64,000 bases of DNA, from contig PDRJ01000025.1 of NCBI GenBank assembly GCA_002748065.1, positions 22,454 through 86,453 on the forward strand. Reading direction: 5' to 3'. Numbering within the stretch: position 1 is the first letter of the stretch; the number at the start of each line of letters is the position of its first letter. The notes under the pieces were generated by a model. It saw only the letters and a list, made by a program, of their open reading frames with translations, searched no databases and was not told where the DNA came from. Source of the stretch: Bacteroidota bacterium (GTDB taxonomy: Bacteria; Bacteroidota; Bacteroidia; Bacteroidales; BM520). Positions 19,342 to 28,788 of this stretch are shown one piece after another. Position numbers and translations under genes: made by a program.

Positions 19342-19490
19342 CGGCTGTAAGTGTAAGTGGACTCCTTCGATTCGGGAAGGGCGTTGGCAGGGTATGAGGA
19401 AGAGGAGCATCGAAGTGCCAATGAAAGGGAGGAGCAATGGTGGGTTTTGGAGGTGTTGAGTGGTTTATTGTGTCAGAGCCTCTTAGCGGT
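19336..19490 (+). repeat. Degenerate R1-related repeat (copy D)
   Basis: agttagcggctgtaagtgtaagtggactccttcgatt resembles cagttagcggcta...ataaagtccgacttcttcgtt of R1 copy B with its flank. The far end gagcctcttagcggttaacag resembles cagcctct...tagcggctaaac. The middle is too diverged to align by eye. Confidence 0.3.
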
Positions 19491-19567
19491 TAACAGCTGA
19501 TGTGGGGCAATGCTGTAGGAGTGGCATGATGGTATAGGTATGCCTCCACCTCTGTTGGCGATTGCTC

Positions 19568-20545
19568 CTACAGAAGGAGGTTGAAAAGGTAGCCGGAGAG
19601 GATGATGCAGAGGGTGACCACGCCAAAGAAGATAGCAATAAGTTTGAGTGTCATTACCTTTTTTAGCAGGATGGCTTCGGGGAGAGAGAGACCAACTACG
19701 CCCATCATAAAGGCGATGGCCGTGCCCAAAGGGATGCCCTTAGATACCAGCACCTGTACGATGGGGAGTACGCCGGAAGCGTTGATATACATAGGGACCG
19801 CCATGAGGGTGGCTATGGGGACTGCCAGGGGGTTGCTTTTCCGAATATAGGGTTCGAAAAAGTTTTCCGGGACGAATCCGTGCATGGCACTACCGATGGC
19901 GATGCCTGCCAAGAGGTAGGGAAGGATCTTTTTGAGGATGTTGAACGCCTCATTGCCTATGTGTGGTAAGCGTTTCAGGAGCGGGGGGTGCTCTTGGTGG
20001 TACCCCCCCTCTTCCTCGCTCTCATTGCGTAAAAAATCCTTGACCCAAGGGGTGAGAAGATGCTCTAATTGAAGCTTTTGTAGGATAAACCCCGAGATGG
20101 TACCCAACAGAACGCCACTAACCACATAGATAAGGGTGGCTTTGAGTCCAAAGAATCCCACAAAGAGTCCGATGGCCACTTCATTAACCAATGGAGAGGT
20201 TACTAAGAAGGCCAAGGTGACACCGAGTGGAATCCCGCCCCTTACAAAACCAATGAAGAGGGGTACCGAAGAGCAGGAGCAGAAGGGAGTGACCACTCCA
20301 AAGAGGCTGGCCATAAGGTATTGTAGGCCGTATAGTTTTCTTGTTAAAAGGAAGTTGCGTACCCGCTCTACGGGGAAATAACTGTTGATTATCCCCATGA
20401 TAAAGATAATAACAACCAGAAGCAGGAGGATTTTTATACTATCGTAGAGGAAGAAGTGAAGTGCCTTGCCCCAAGGGGATGTCTCTCCAAATCCTAACCA
20501 GAGGTACACTAATTGGTCGATGAGGTGTCGTAGCCAGTTAAACAT
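19568..20545 (-). CDS. Permease (COG0701/ArsP-like family)
   Basis: 325 aa, polytopic, with the family motif FCSCSSVPLF. Confidence 0.8.
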   Translation of the reverse strand: MFNWLRHLIDQLVYLWLGFGETSPWGKALHFFLYDSIKILLLLVVIIFIMGIINSYFPVERVRNFLLTRKLYGLQYLMASLFGVVTPFCSCSSVPLFIGFVRGGIPLGVTLAFLVTSPLVNEVAIGLFVGFFGLKATLIYVVSGVLLGTISGFILQKLQLEHLLTPWVKDFLRNESEEEGGYHQEHPPLLKRLPHIGNEAFNILKKILPYLLAGIAIGSAMHGFVPENFFEPYIRKSNPLAVPIATLMAVPMYINASGVLPIVQVLVSKGIPLGTAIAFMMGVVGLSLPEAILLKKVMTLKLIAIFFGVVTLCIILSGYLFNLLL

Positions 20546-20700
20546 GGTTCATTGTATCAGCAACTTGGTAAACGAATATCTTTTTTCCGGGTACCCTTGG
20601 ATGCCCACGAGAAAAGCCCCGATTTCTCAACTCTTACCATCTCCATTTGCAATTGGGGGAAGCGTTAATCCCTTTGGATATGGGGTGGGAGAGAGCCTCT

Positions 20701-20943
20701 CTAAGCACTCTGCAGCAATTGAAGAAGCTCTTCCCTGGAGGGAACGCGGCCTTTCACTTTTACCTCCCCATTGAGGACGAGAGCCGGTGTGATCATGATG
20801 TGGTATTTCATGATCTCATCAATCTGTTCCACCTTCTCTATCGTTGCCGGAATATGATTCTCTTCCACCACCTCTTTGGTAAGGTTAAACAGGGTTGTGC
20901 ATTTGGTGCATCCAGATCCTAATATCTTGATTATATGTGTCAT
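20701..20943 (-). CDS. Small thioredoxin-fold protein (redox-active disulfide protein 2-like)
   Basis: 80 aa with IKILGSGCTKCTTL (CxxC). The size and sequence are typical of the glutaredoxin-like family that pairs with COG0701 permeases. Confidence 0.8.
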   Translation of the reverse strand: MTHIIKILGSGCTKCTTLFNLTKEVVEENHIPATIEKVEQIDEIMKYHIMITPALVLNGEVKVKGRVPSREELLQLLQSA

Positions 20944-21192
20944 TCTTCTTCTTTGTTTTGCGGTTCAGTGATCTTATGGTATAAACGGTTTCCCGTCTTT
21001 TTTGTTCTCTTCGCTCTTTTTTTATTCCTTTAGGATGGTCGGAGAAGGGGCCTCTTAGAGGGGCGATGACGTGCATCATTTAACTTTTTAACAACCCCTT
21101 TTGCGTTCCAATGCCACGAGAATAAAAGGTTTTGGGATTTGGGGTTCTCTTTTTGTTAATAACTCGATTTTTAAGTGGGGAGAATAATTGTT

Positions 21193-21200
21193 TAAATTTG
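21193..21200 (+). promoter_or_regulatory. Candidate -7 promoter box (TAAATTTG) for nrdDG
   Basis: The only TAnnTTTG match I found upstream of nrdD, 138 nt before the ATG. This implies a long leader. Confidence 0.3.
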
Positions 21201-21338
21201 TTCTGTATCCATCCGTTTTCCTCTCACGCGTGGAAAGATTATGGGGGAGGGTGTGGGGAATAGGTTGTGGTATTCAAGAGTATATTGTTGATGTATCGGC
21301 ACTGAAATTAGTTCCAAATTTATAAAAAGTAGCACAAT

Positions 21339-23465
21339 ATGAGTCATAAAAGCATCTCTATCGTGAAGAGGAATGGCAAAAGGGTTCCCTTCTCCATTGA
21401 CAAAATCAAGAATGCAATTCGTAAGGCTTTTTTATCGGTGGGATCCTATGCTTCCGAGGAGGATCTAATTCCTATTCTTGCTCGTTTGAATATTGTGGAT
21501 GGGATGTCGGTGGAAGAGATTCAGAACCAAGTGGAGATTGCCTTAATGGCTGAAAAGTATTTTATCGTAGCAAAATCGTATATTCTCTATCGTCAGAAAC
21601 ATATGGAGACTCGAGAGACTAGTGATAAAATGAAGTTTCTGATGAACTATTGTGAGGCGAAGAATGCTGCAACAGGGAGTAAGTTTGATGCGAATGCCAA
21701 TGTGGAGAAGAAGAATATTGCCACCCTTATAGGGGAGTTGCCCAAGAAGAATTTTATTGCCCTCAACCGGCGGATGCTTACAGATCGCATTAAGGAGTTG
21801 TATGGGAAGGAACTTTCGGATAAATATCTCCAAATGCTTTCGGATCATTTTATCTATAAAAATGATGAGACCAGCCTTGCCAACTACTGTGCAAGTATCA
21901 CCATGTATCCTTGGCTGTTAAATGGAACCATGGATATTGGGGGAAACTCAACGCCTCCTACCAACCTGAAATCTTTCGCCGGTGGATTTATCAATATGGT
22001 TTTTATGGTATCCAGCATGTTGAGTGGTGCCTGTGCAACTCCGGAGTTTCTGATGTATATGAACTATTTCATCGAGTTGGAGTATGGAGAAGATTATCAT
22101 AAAGATGTGCAGAGGGTAGTGGATCTTTCCAAGCGTGAGCGTACGCTTGACAAGGTGATCTGTGATTTCTTTGAGCAGATTGTGTACTCCATCAACCAAC
22201 CTACGGGGGCTCGTAACTTCCAAGCGGTATTCTGGAATATAGCCTATTATGATAAGCCCTATTTTGAGAGCCTCTTCAGTGAGTTTGTCTTTCCCGATGG
22301 CTCAAAACCCCATTGGGACTCGTTGAATTGGCTCCAGAAGCGTTTTATGAAGTGGTTTAATAAAGAGCGAACCAAGACGGTTCTTACTTTTCCCGTGGAG
22401 ACGATGGCGCTACTCAGTAAAGATGGAGAGATGATTGATGCAGAATATGCCGACTTTACGGCAGAGATGTATTCGGAAGGTCACTCCTTTTTTACCTATA
22501 TGAGTGACAATGCTGACTCCTTATCAAGCTGTTGCCGCCTTCGTAACGAGATACAAGATAATGGCTTTAGCTATACCCTCGGAGCAGGGGGGGTATCCAC
22601 CGGATCCAAGAGTGTATTGACCATCAATGTGAATCGTTGTGTGCAGTTTGCGCAACAGGCAGGCCTCTCCTATGTGAATTTCCTGGAGGAGGTGGTAGAC
22701 CTGGTGCATAAGGTACAGACGGCCTATAACGAGAACCTGATCATGTTCCAGCAGAAAGGGATGTTGCCCCTGTTTGATGCGGGATTTATCAACATTGACC
22801 GGCAGTATTTGACCATTGGGGTCAATGGGATTGTGGAGGCTGCCGAGTTTCTGGGGCTTGAAATAAACGATAATCCGCGTTATCTCGCTTTTGTGCAAGA
22901 AGTACTCAGCCTCATAGAGCAATACAATAAGAAGTATCGCACCGCGAAAACCATGTTCAATTGTGAGATGATTCCAGCGGAGAACGTGGGGGTAAAACAT
23001 GCTAAGTGGGATCGGGAAGATGGCTACTTCGTGCCTCGCAACTGTTACAATAGCTACTTTTATCGTGTGGAGGATAAAACACTTAATGTGTTGGATAAGT
23101 TTAGGTTACATGGGTGGGAATATATCCAACACCTTACGGGAGGTTCCGCTCTCCATCTGAACCTGGAAGAGCATCTTTCACAAGCGCAGTATCGTCAACT
23201 GTTGAGGGTTGCCGCATCTGAAGGGTGCAACTATTTTACCTTTAATATCCCCAATACCGTATGCAATAGTTGTGGATTTATCGATAAACGCTACCTGAAG
23301 CAGTGTCCTAAGTGTGCCTCTGAAAATGTGGACTACCTAACACGTATTATCGGTTACATGAAACGGATTAGCAACTTCTCTGTTCCTCGTCAGGAGGAGG
23401 CTGCCAAGAGGCATTACAACGTGGTAAAGGAGCAGAATAAGCCTGTTGAGGAGCCTGTATGTTGA
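21339..23465 (+). CDS. nrdD: Anaerobic ribonucleoside-triphosphate reductase (class III)
   Basis: 708 aa: N-terminal ATP-cone (ISIVKRNGKRVPFSIDKIKNAIRKAF), C-terminal Zn site CNSCGF...CPKCAS, and glycyl-radical motif TRIIGYM. Confidence 0.95.
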   Translation: MSHKSISIVKRNGKRVPFSIDKIKNAIRKAFLSVGSYASEEDLIPILARLNIVDGMSVEEIQNQVEIALMAEKYFIVAKSYILYRQKHMETRETSDKMKFLMNYCEAKNAATGSKFDANANVEKKNIATLIGELPKKNFIALNRRMLTDRIKELYGKELSDKYLQMLSDHFIYKNDETSLANYCASITMYPWLLNGTMDIGGNSTPPTNLKSFAGGFINMVFMVSSMLSGACATPEFLMYMNYFIELEYGEDYHKDVQRVVDLSKRERTLDKVICDFFEQIVYSINQPTGARNFQAVFWNIAYYDKPYFESLFSEFVFPDGSKPHWDSLNWLQKRFMKWFNKERTKTVLTFPVETMALLSKDGEMIDAEYADFTAEMYSEGHSFFTYMSDNADSLSSCCRLRNEIQDNGFSYTLGAGGVSTGSKSVLTINVNRCVQFAQQAGLSYVNFLEEVVDLVHKVQTAYNENLIMFQQKGMLPLFDAGFINIDRQYLTIGVNGIVEAAEFLGLEINDNPRYLAFVQEVLSLIEQYNKKYRTAKTMFNCEMIPAENVGVKHAKWDREDGYFVPRNCYNSYFYRVEDKTLNVLDKFRLHGWEYIQHLTGGSALHLNLEEHLSQAQYRQLLRVAASEGCNYFTFNIPNTVCNSCGFIDKRYLKQCPKCASENVDYLTRIIGYMKRISNFSVPRQEEAAKRHYNVVKEQNKPVEEPVC

Positions 23466-23926
23466 AGTATGTAGATTATGATATCGTTTTTAGGGAGATC
23501 CCGGATGAGGTGACGTTGGCTATTAACCTCTCCAACTGTCCCAATCGGTGTAAAGGCTGTCACAGCCCCTGGTTGATGGATGATGTGGGAGACCCTCTTA
23601 CAGAGGAGGTGTTGGCCGGGATGTTGAAAAAGTATGGTCGCTTGGTGACGTGTATCTGTTTTATGGGGGGCGATATTGCCCCTTCGACGGTGACGCGTTT
23701 GGCAGCCTTTGTTCGCCAGGAGTCGCAGGGGCGTATAAAAACCGGTTGGTATTCGGGGCGTGATCAGCTGGCTGCACAGTGTGACCTCTCCTGTTTCAAT
23801 TTTGTGAAAATAGGCTCCTACCGCGAACAGCTGGGAGGATTGGATGTGAAAACGACCAATCAACGCCTCTACAAGGTCTCCCCGGAGATGCAACTTACGG
23901 ATATTACCTTTCGCATGCAAAACTAA
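23459..23926 (+). CDS. nrdG: Anaerobic RNR activating protein (radical SAM)
   Basis: 155 aa with CPNRCKGCHSPW (CxxxCxxC). It overlaps nrdD by 7 nt. Confidence 0.9.
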   Translation: MLKYVDYDIVFREIPDEVTLAINLSNCPNRCKGCHSPWLMDDVGDPLTEEVLAGMLKKYGRLVTCICFMGGDIAPSTVTRLAAFVRQESQGRIKTGWYSGRDQLAAQCDLSCFNFVKIGSYREQLGGLDVKTTNQRLYKVSPEMQLTDITFRMQN

Positions 23927-23932
23927 AGGATT

Positions 23933-24421
23933 ATGGAGGAGCGTACATTTCGTCCTAGCTGGGATCACTATTTTATGCAGATTGCCGATACGGTGGCTAC
24001 CCGTGCAACCTGTGATAGGGGGCGTTCGGGGTGTGTGATCGTCCGGGATCGACAAATTTTAGTGACCGGGTATGTGGGATCCCCCATGGGATTGCCTCAT
24101 TGTGATGATGTGGGGCACTTGATGAAGCAGGTTGTGCATGAAGATGGCCACCGTAGTCATCACTGTGTTCGTACCGTCCATGCCGAGCAGAATGCCATCT
24201 GTCAGGCGGCAAGGCGTGGCATTGCCCTTGAAGGGGCTACCCTCTACTGTCGGATGACTCCTTGTCGTACCTGTGCCATGTTGATTATTAATTGTGGAAT
24301 TGTTCGCGTTGTCTGCGAGAAAAAGTACCATGCTGGGGCAGAGAGTGAGGCCATGTTTAAGGAGGCTGGCATTGCCCTATGCTATTTCGAGGATGAGGTG
24401 CTCACCTATGACAACCAGTAG
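23933..24421 (+). CDS. Deoxycytidylate (dCMP) deaminase
   Basis: 162 aa with zinc motifs HAEQNAI and PCRTCAMLII. Confidence 0.9.
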   Translation: MEERTFRPSWDHYFMQIADTVATRATCDRGRSGCVIVRDRQILVTGYVGSPMGLPHCDDVGHLMKQVVHEDGHRSHHCVRTVHAEQNAICQAARRGIALEGATLYCRMTPCRTCAMLIINCGIVRVVCEKKYHAGAESEAMFKEAGIALCYFEDEVLTYDNQ

Positions 24422-24427
24422 TTGTTG

Positions 24428-24443
24428 CCTCCCGGCAGGGAGG
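24428..24443 (+). terminator. Possible hairpin terminator after the dCMP deaminase gene
   Basis: cctccc-ggca-gggagg lies 7 nt after the stop. No U-tract follows. Confidence 0.35.
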
Positions 24444-24594
24444 TGATGCCGGGTAAAATGAACCATAGCGCTTTGCTTAACAGTATTGTGTATCTTAGGT
24501 GTTATTTTCTTAGATACCGTATCTCCTGTAGCTGCACATCTTGAGCTAAGAACCAATGTTAGAAGAAATAAGGTGAAGACGTTTATATTACCGC

Positions 24595-25380
24595 TCATTG
24601 CGCAAGACCCAAAAGTTGAATAAGATCCACAAGTCCGAAGGATTGGAGGGCCGTAAAGAGAATGGTGATGATTAGCACCCATCGGATGAACCCCGCCCCC
24701 TGTTTAAGGGCCAACCTGGAGGAGAGAAAGCCCCCCATCATATTCCCCGCACCGAGCACAAGGCCATAATGCCAATCGATCTGCTTGCCACTCTGAAAGA
24801 TAAAAATGGCCACCGGCGTGTAACAGAGCATGATAAAGACTTTTAACCCATTTGCCTTGACCAGGTCATGTCCCGCCAGCAATACCAAGCCCATTAGGAG
24901 AAAGTAGCCTGTTCCCACCTGAATATACCCTCCGTAAAGCCCCATAAGGAAGAAACTAACGCCTTGCAGGATGTATCTGCCGATGGTGCGCTCTTTGGGG
25001 GGCGTCCCGTTGAGCCACTGTTGAGGTTTTAGAAGGATAAAGAGAGCCATGAGCAACATCACCACCCCGATGGAAAACTCCAGGTGCTTGAGGCTAATGT
25101 TCCTGGCGATGGATGCACCCACTGCTGCACCCATGATCGTCGGAAGGGCCAACCCTATTCCTTCCCGATACTTCAATACACCCTTTCGGGAGAAGTTCCT
25201 CACCGCAGCCATATTTTGCAAGAGAATTCCCAGGCGGTTGGTGGCATTGGCCACATTGGGCGGAAGCCCCAAAAAGAGAAGCAGTGAAAGGCTTATGATG
25301 CTTCCTCCTCCCGCCAGGGTATTGATAAATCCTGTGACAAATCCGGCTATGAGAATAAGGAAAAAGGTAAAACTGCTCAT
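24595..25380 (-). CDS. TauE/SafE-family anion exporter
   Basis: 261 aa, polytopic, with the glycine-rich helices typical of TauE/SafE. Confidence 0.85.
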   Translation of the reverse strand: MSSFTFFLILIAGFVTGFINTLAGGGSIISLSLLLFLGLPPNVANATNRLGILLQNMAAVRNFSRKGVLKYREGIGLALPTIMGAAVGASIARNISLKHLEFSIGVVMLLMALFILLKPQQWLNGTPPKERTIGRYILQGVSFFLMGLYGGYIQVGTGYFLLMGLVLLAGHDLVKANGLKVFIMLCYTPVAIFIFQSGKQIDWHYGLVLGAGNMMGGFLSSRLALKQGAGFIRWVLIITILFTALQSFGLVDLIQLLGLAQ

Positions 25381-25389
25381 TTGGGGGGA

Positions 25390-27399
25390 TTAATGAAGGG
25401 GTTTATGCTTTTTCCCCATGATCCGGATAAGGAGGAAAAGGGTGGAGATGGAGAGGATAAAGAGTATCCAGACGGGAATGCCGTAAGCGGCGGGAATAAT
25501 GCCCATGAAGAGGGCGATACTGCCGGCGGTAACGGCATAGGGCATCTGGGTGCGTACATGCTGAATATGGTCGCAAGAGCTGGCCAATGAACTGAGGATG
25601 GTGGTGTCGCTGATGGGAGAGCAGTGGTCCCCTAAAACCGACCCCGTAAGCACCGTGGAGACCACGATATAGAAGATCATGAGGGCCTGTTCGTAATCCA
25701 TGCCCGTCTCCTGAGTGATAAACCAGCTTGCCGGAAGCACCAGGGGATAGAGGATGGCCATGGTTCCCCAAGAGGTACCGGTACTAAAAGAGACTAAGGC
25801 CGCAAGCACAAAGGTAAGCCCGGGAATGAGCTCCGCCGGAATGCGAGCCGCCAAAGCTATCCGGCTGATAAAGTCGGCCGTATGCATCTCTTTGGTGAGA
25901 AGAGCAATGGACCAGGCCATAATAAGGATGATAATGGCCGTTAACATGGTGCGGAAACCATTGATCAAGCTGTCAACCGCTTTGCGCATGGGAAGGATCC
26001 GTCCCCCCACCGTAAGAAGCACGGTAACCAGCACACTGCCCAACGAGGCCCATAGCAATGCCTTGTAGGAATCGCTCGCCCCAATAACATTAGATAGGTT
26101 ATGGGCAATCCCCAACTGAGGTTCCCATGGGTTGTTCTCCAACCCTGTTATAAAAAGTCCTGTAATGGTGCCAACGATGACGGTAACGACGGGGATAACG
26201 GCATTGTAGGCATGCGCTTTGACCCCCTGCTCCGGCGTAAGGTCGTTCAGGTTATTGCTAAACCCCTTCTCCTCTTCCCCATGGGAGGGCGTAGCCATTC
26301 CTTGGCGTGCACGCTTTTCCGCCTTGTACATGGGCCCAAAATCCCTGTTACTTTGGATCAACAAAAGAATGAAGATCAGTGTTAAAATCGGATAAAAGGC
26401 GTATTGCAGTGAGTGAAAGAAGATGTTGTAAGGGGTCTCTTCAAGCCCGATGGTGGTGATTCCATCCTGGATGTAGCTAATCTCAGCACCAATCCATGTG
26501 GTGATGAAGGCGATAGAGGCGATGGGAGCGGCTGTAGAGTCCACCAGGTAGGCCAGTTTCTCGCGGGAGATGCGCAGTTGATCCGTGACCGGGCGCATGG
26601 TGTTACCCACCACAAGGGTGTTGGCATAGTCGTCAAAGAAGATGGCAATACCTAAAAGCCATGTGATGAATTGGCCCGAACGGGGTGACCGGGCGTAGCG
26701 TGATAAAAAACGAATCACCCCCTGCATCCCCCCATTGCGGGTGATGAGGTTGACCATCCCCCCAATGAGCATACTAAAGAGGATGATGGAGAGATGTCCT
26801 TTGTCATATAGTGATTGTAGAATGTAGGTGTCAATGATGCGTTGGATGGCATGTGGAATGCTGGACCACAAGGAGCTCCCCCCATAAAGGCTAACCACAA
26901 AAGCCCCGGAGAAAATTCCCAGGAAAAGTGCCGTGAATACCTCCTTAAAGAGGAGGGCAATGGCGATGGCGATGAGTGGCGGAAGAATGGACATCCATTG
27001 GGGAATTGCCTTGAAGGTGAGCAAGGCGGTATCGGGGTGGTCGAGGGTGATCACATTGTGCTTTTGCGGCGTAAAAGAGATGGCACGCCTCTCCCCGGGA
27101 GCCAGCACCATGGTTTCGTCGTGCATCCCGGCGTGGATGACAAAGGATATGGGGTGCGCCACATCCTTATCCAATTGGAGGTAAAAGGAGGTGGGAATGC
27201 CCTCCACGGCAACATCAGGCTTTTGGAGGTGTATCGCCGTGGCCTCTATGGTGGGGTCCGTAGCGTGAATAGCAATGCGTATCTCCTTCGAGAGTGCCGG
27301 GCGTATGCTGAACAGCAAGAGGAGCAGTAGAAAAAGACCATGGCTCCCCTTTCCGGGGATCAGGGCACGCATTGTCATGGATCGATGAGGGACGCGCAT
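25390..27399 (-). CDS. NhaC-family Na+/H+ antiporter with N-terminal extracytoplasmic extension
   Basis: 669 aa with the NhaC core (FITWLLGIAIFFDDYANTLVVGNTMRPVTD). About 140 aa, including a signal-like segment, precede the first core helix. The start codon is uncertain. Confidence 0.8.
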   Translation of the reverse strand: MRVPHRSMTMRALIPGKGSHGLFLLLLLLFSIRPALSKEIRIAIHATDPTIEATAIHLQKPDVAVEGIPTSFYLQLDKDVAHPISFVIHAGMHDETMVLAPGERRAISFTPQKHNVITLDHPDTALLTFKAIPQWMSILPPLIAIAIALLFKEVFTALFLGIFSGAFVVSLYGGSSLWSSIPHAIQRIIDTYILQSLYDKGHLSIILFSMLIGGMVNLITRNGGMQGVIRFLSRYARSPRSGQFITWLLGIAIFFDDYANTLVVGNTMRPVTDQLRISREKLAYLVDSTAAPIASIAFITTWIGAEISYIQDGITTIGLEETPYNIFFHSLQYAFYPILTLIFILLLIQSNRDFGPMYKAEKRARQGMATPSHGEEEKGFSNNLNDLTPEQGVKAHAYNAVIPVVTVIVGTITGLFITGLENNPWEPQLGIAHNLSNVIGASDSYKALLWASLGSVLVTVLLTVGGRILPMRKAVDSLINGFRTMLTAIIILIMAWSIALLTKEMHTADFISRIALAARIPAELIPGLTFVLAALVSFSTGTSWGTMAILYPLVLPASWFITQETGMDYEQALMIFYIVVSTVLTGSVLGDHCSPISDTTILSSLASSCDHIQHVRTQMPYAVTAGSIALFMGIIPAAYGIPVWILFILSISTLFLLIRIMGKKHKPLH

Positions 27400-27414
27400 C
27401 GCTTGTATGAAGGG

Positions 27415-28560
27415 TTATTGTGAAATCATCTGTAAGGCCGCATCGATGTAGAGATATACATCGGAAGGATGGTGTCCAATATACTTTTTACTGCGATGAT
27501 GGCCCATTCGTACAACCACCATGTTCAGGTCAGGAAAGATAAGGACATATTGGCCAAGGATTCCCCGGGCATACGTTATGGCATGGCCACGGTGTTGTAG
27601 CATCCACCACTGGTAGCCATAAAAGTCCACCTGTTTTCCCTTCTCATCGTGCAGATGGGATGCCGGCTTGAGCGACTCCTCCAACCATGCTTCCGAGACG
27701 ACCCGATGGTTGTTCCACGCTCCGCGATTGAGTACCAACTGTCCCAGACGCGCCATATCGGTAGCGTTGGTGTTGAAGCAGCAGTAGGCCTTTTCCATCC
27801 CCTCTTCATCATCCAGGCACCATAAAGCGTCGCGTTCGGCTTGTACCGGGGTCCAAAAGTAGGTGGAGGCGAAATCACTTAAGGTCATGCCGCTGGCTTG
27901 GGTGATAATCATGGCAAGAAGCTGGGTGTTTCCACTCTGATAGCGGTATTTCTCACCGGGTTTTGTCTCGGAACCTTGCTTTAGCATCAACTGCTCCAGA
28001 TCTTTGCCGTAGTAGGCGGCTGTAGTGGGAGTAAAAAGCCCTGAATACTCTTCGTTCCATTCGGAACCACTGGCCATCTGAAGGAGATCTTTGATCGTCA
28101 TGGCATCGTTCCCATCGTGATTAAACGCTTCAGGGAGGTATTTGATTACTTTATCGTTGACACTCTCCACAAACCCTTTGTCAATGGCGATACCCATTAG
28201 TATGCTTACAATACTTTTACTAGCCGAAAAGGGATTGGTGAGGCTCTTTTCACTATAGCCATCCCAATACTCTTCGTGCAGCAGCATGGAGTCTTTTATA
28301 ATGATGTAGGCGATGGGTTCATACTGTAACATGGAGTCCAGCAACGCTTCCGGTAGTTGATATTGGTTGTATGCGGGGTGGTGTTTCCATGGAGAAGGAT
28401 CTCCCGCCTCAACGATCCTGTTGTGAAAAATGGGATGGTCATCAATCCCCACATGCCAGTATATAAGTGCAGTACGTGCATATTGAGGGAGACACAGATA
28501 GATTATTGCTAACCCGGCAAGGATTAGCAGCATGATTTTTAGGGTTTTTCTCTTTTTCAT
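27415..28560 (-). CDS. Serine hydrolase, beta-lactamase/PBP-like family
   Basis: 381 aa with an N-terminal membrane anchor and an SxxK motif (FSASKSIVS). Confidence 0.8.
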   Translation of the reverse strand: MKKRKTLKIMLLILAGLAIIYLCLPQYARTALIYWHVGIDDHPIFHNRIVEAGDPSPWKHHPAYNQYQLPEALLDSMLQYEPIAYIIIKDSMLLHEEYWDGYSEKSLTNPFSASKSIVSILMGIAIDKGFVESVNDKVIKYLPEAFNHDGNDAMTIKDLLQMASGSEWNEEYSGLFTPTTAAYYGKDLEQLMLKQGSETKPGEKYRYQSGNTQLLAMIITQASGMTLSDFASTYFWTPVQAERDALWCLDDEEGMEKAYCCFNTNATDMARLGQLVLNRGAWNNHRVVSEAWLEESLKPASHLHDEKGKQVDFYGYQWWMLQHRGHAITYARGILGQYVLIFPDLNMVVVRMGHHRSKKYIGHHPSDVYLYIDAALQMISQ

Positions 28561-28788
28561 GGGTTTCTCTAATTATCAAGATCACGGTGTGTGCCTGTAA
28601 AGGTATAAAATTACCGGGGAAATTCCCTCCTCTGTGGAGGAAAATGGAGCCTCACAGATGGAAATACCCTATGTGGAACATGCCGGTTCGACCTATCTGT
28701 CCCTGCCCCTCATTGTTCCCTGATCGTCGGTAACCATGTTGGGGCTTTGGAGCAAATCGTTTCCATGGTGCTCAACGCTTGATGAGCA

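Noticed and set aside
20944-21338. Cobalamin riboswitch or NrdR boxes upstream of nrdD
   Set aside because: I found no B12-box-like core (GCCACTG context) and no 16-bp NrdR palindrome. agagtatattgttg matches the NrdR consensus only partially.
23414-24055. 213-aa minus-strand ORF spanning the nrdD end, nrdG and the dCMP deaminase start
   Set aside because: It overlaps three well-supported plus-strand genes, and its His/Arg/Thr-rich translation shows no motifs.
23933-24421. Deaminase as a possible nucleotide-depletion defence gene
   Set aside because: It has the typical 162-aa ComEB/dCMP deaminase form and is linked to nrdDG. It lacks the extra domains of defence dCTP deaminases.
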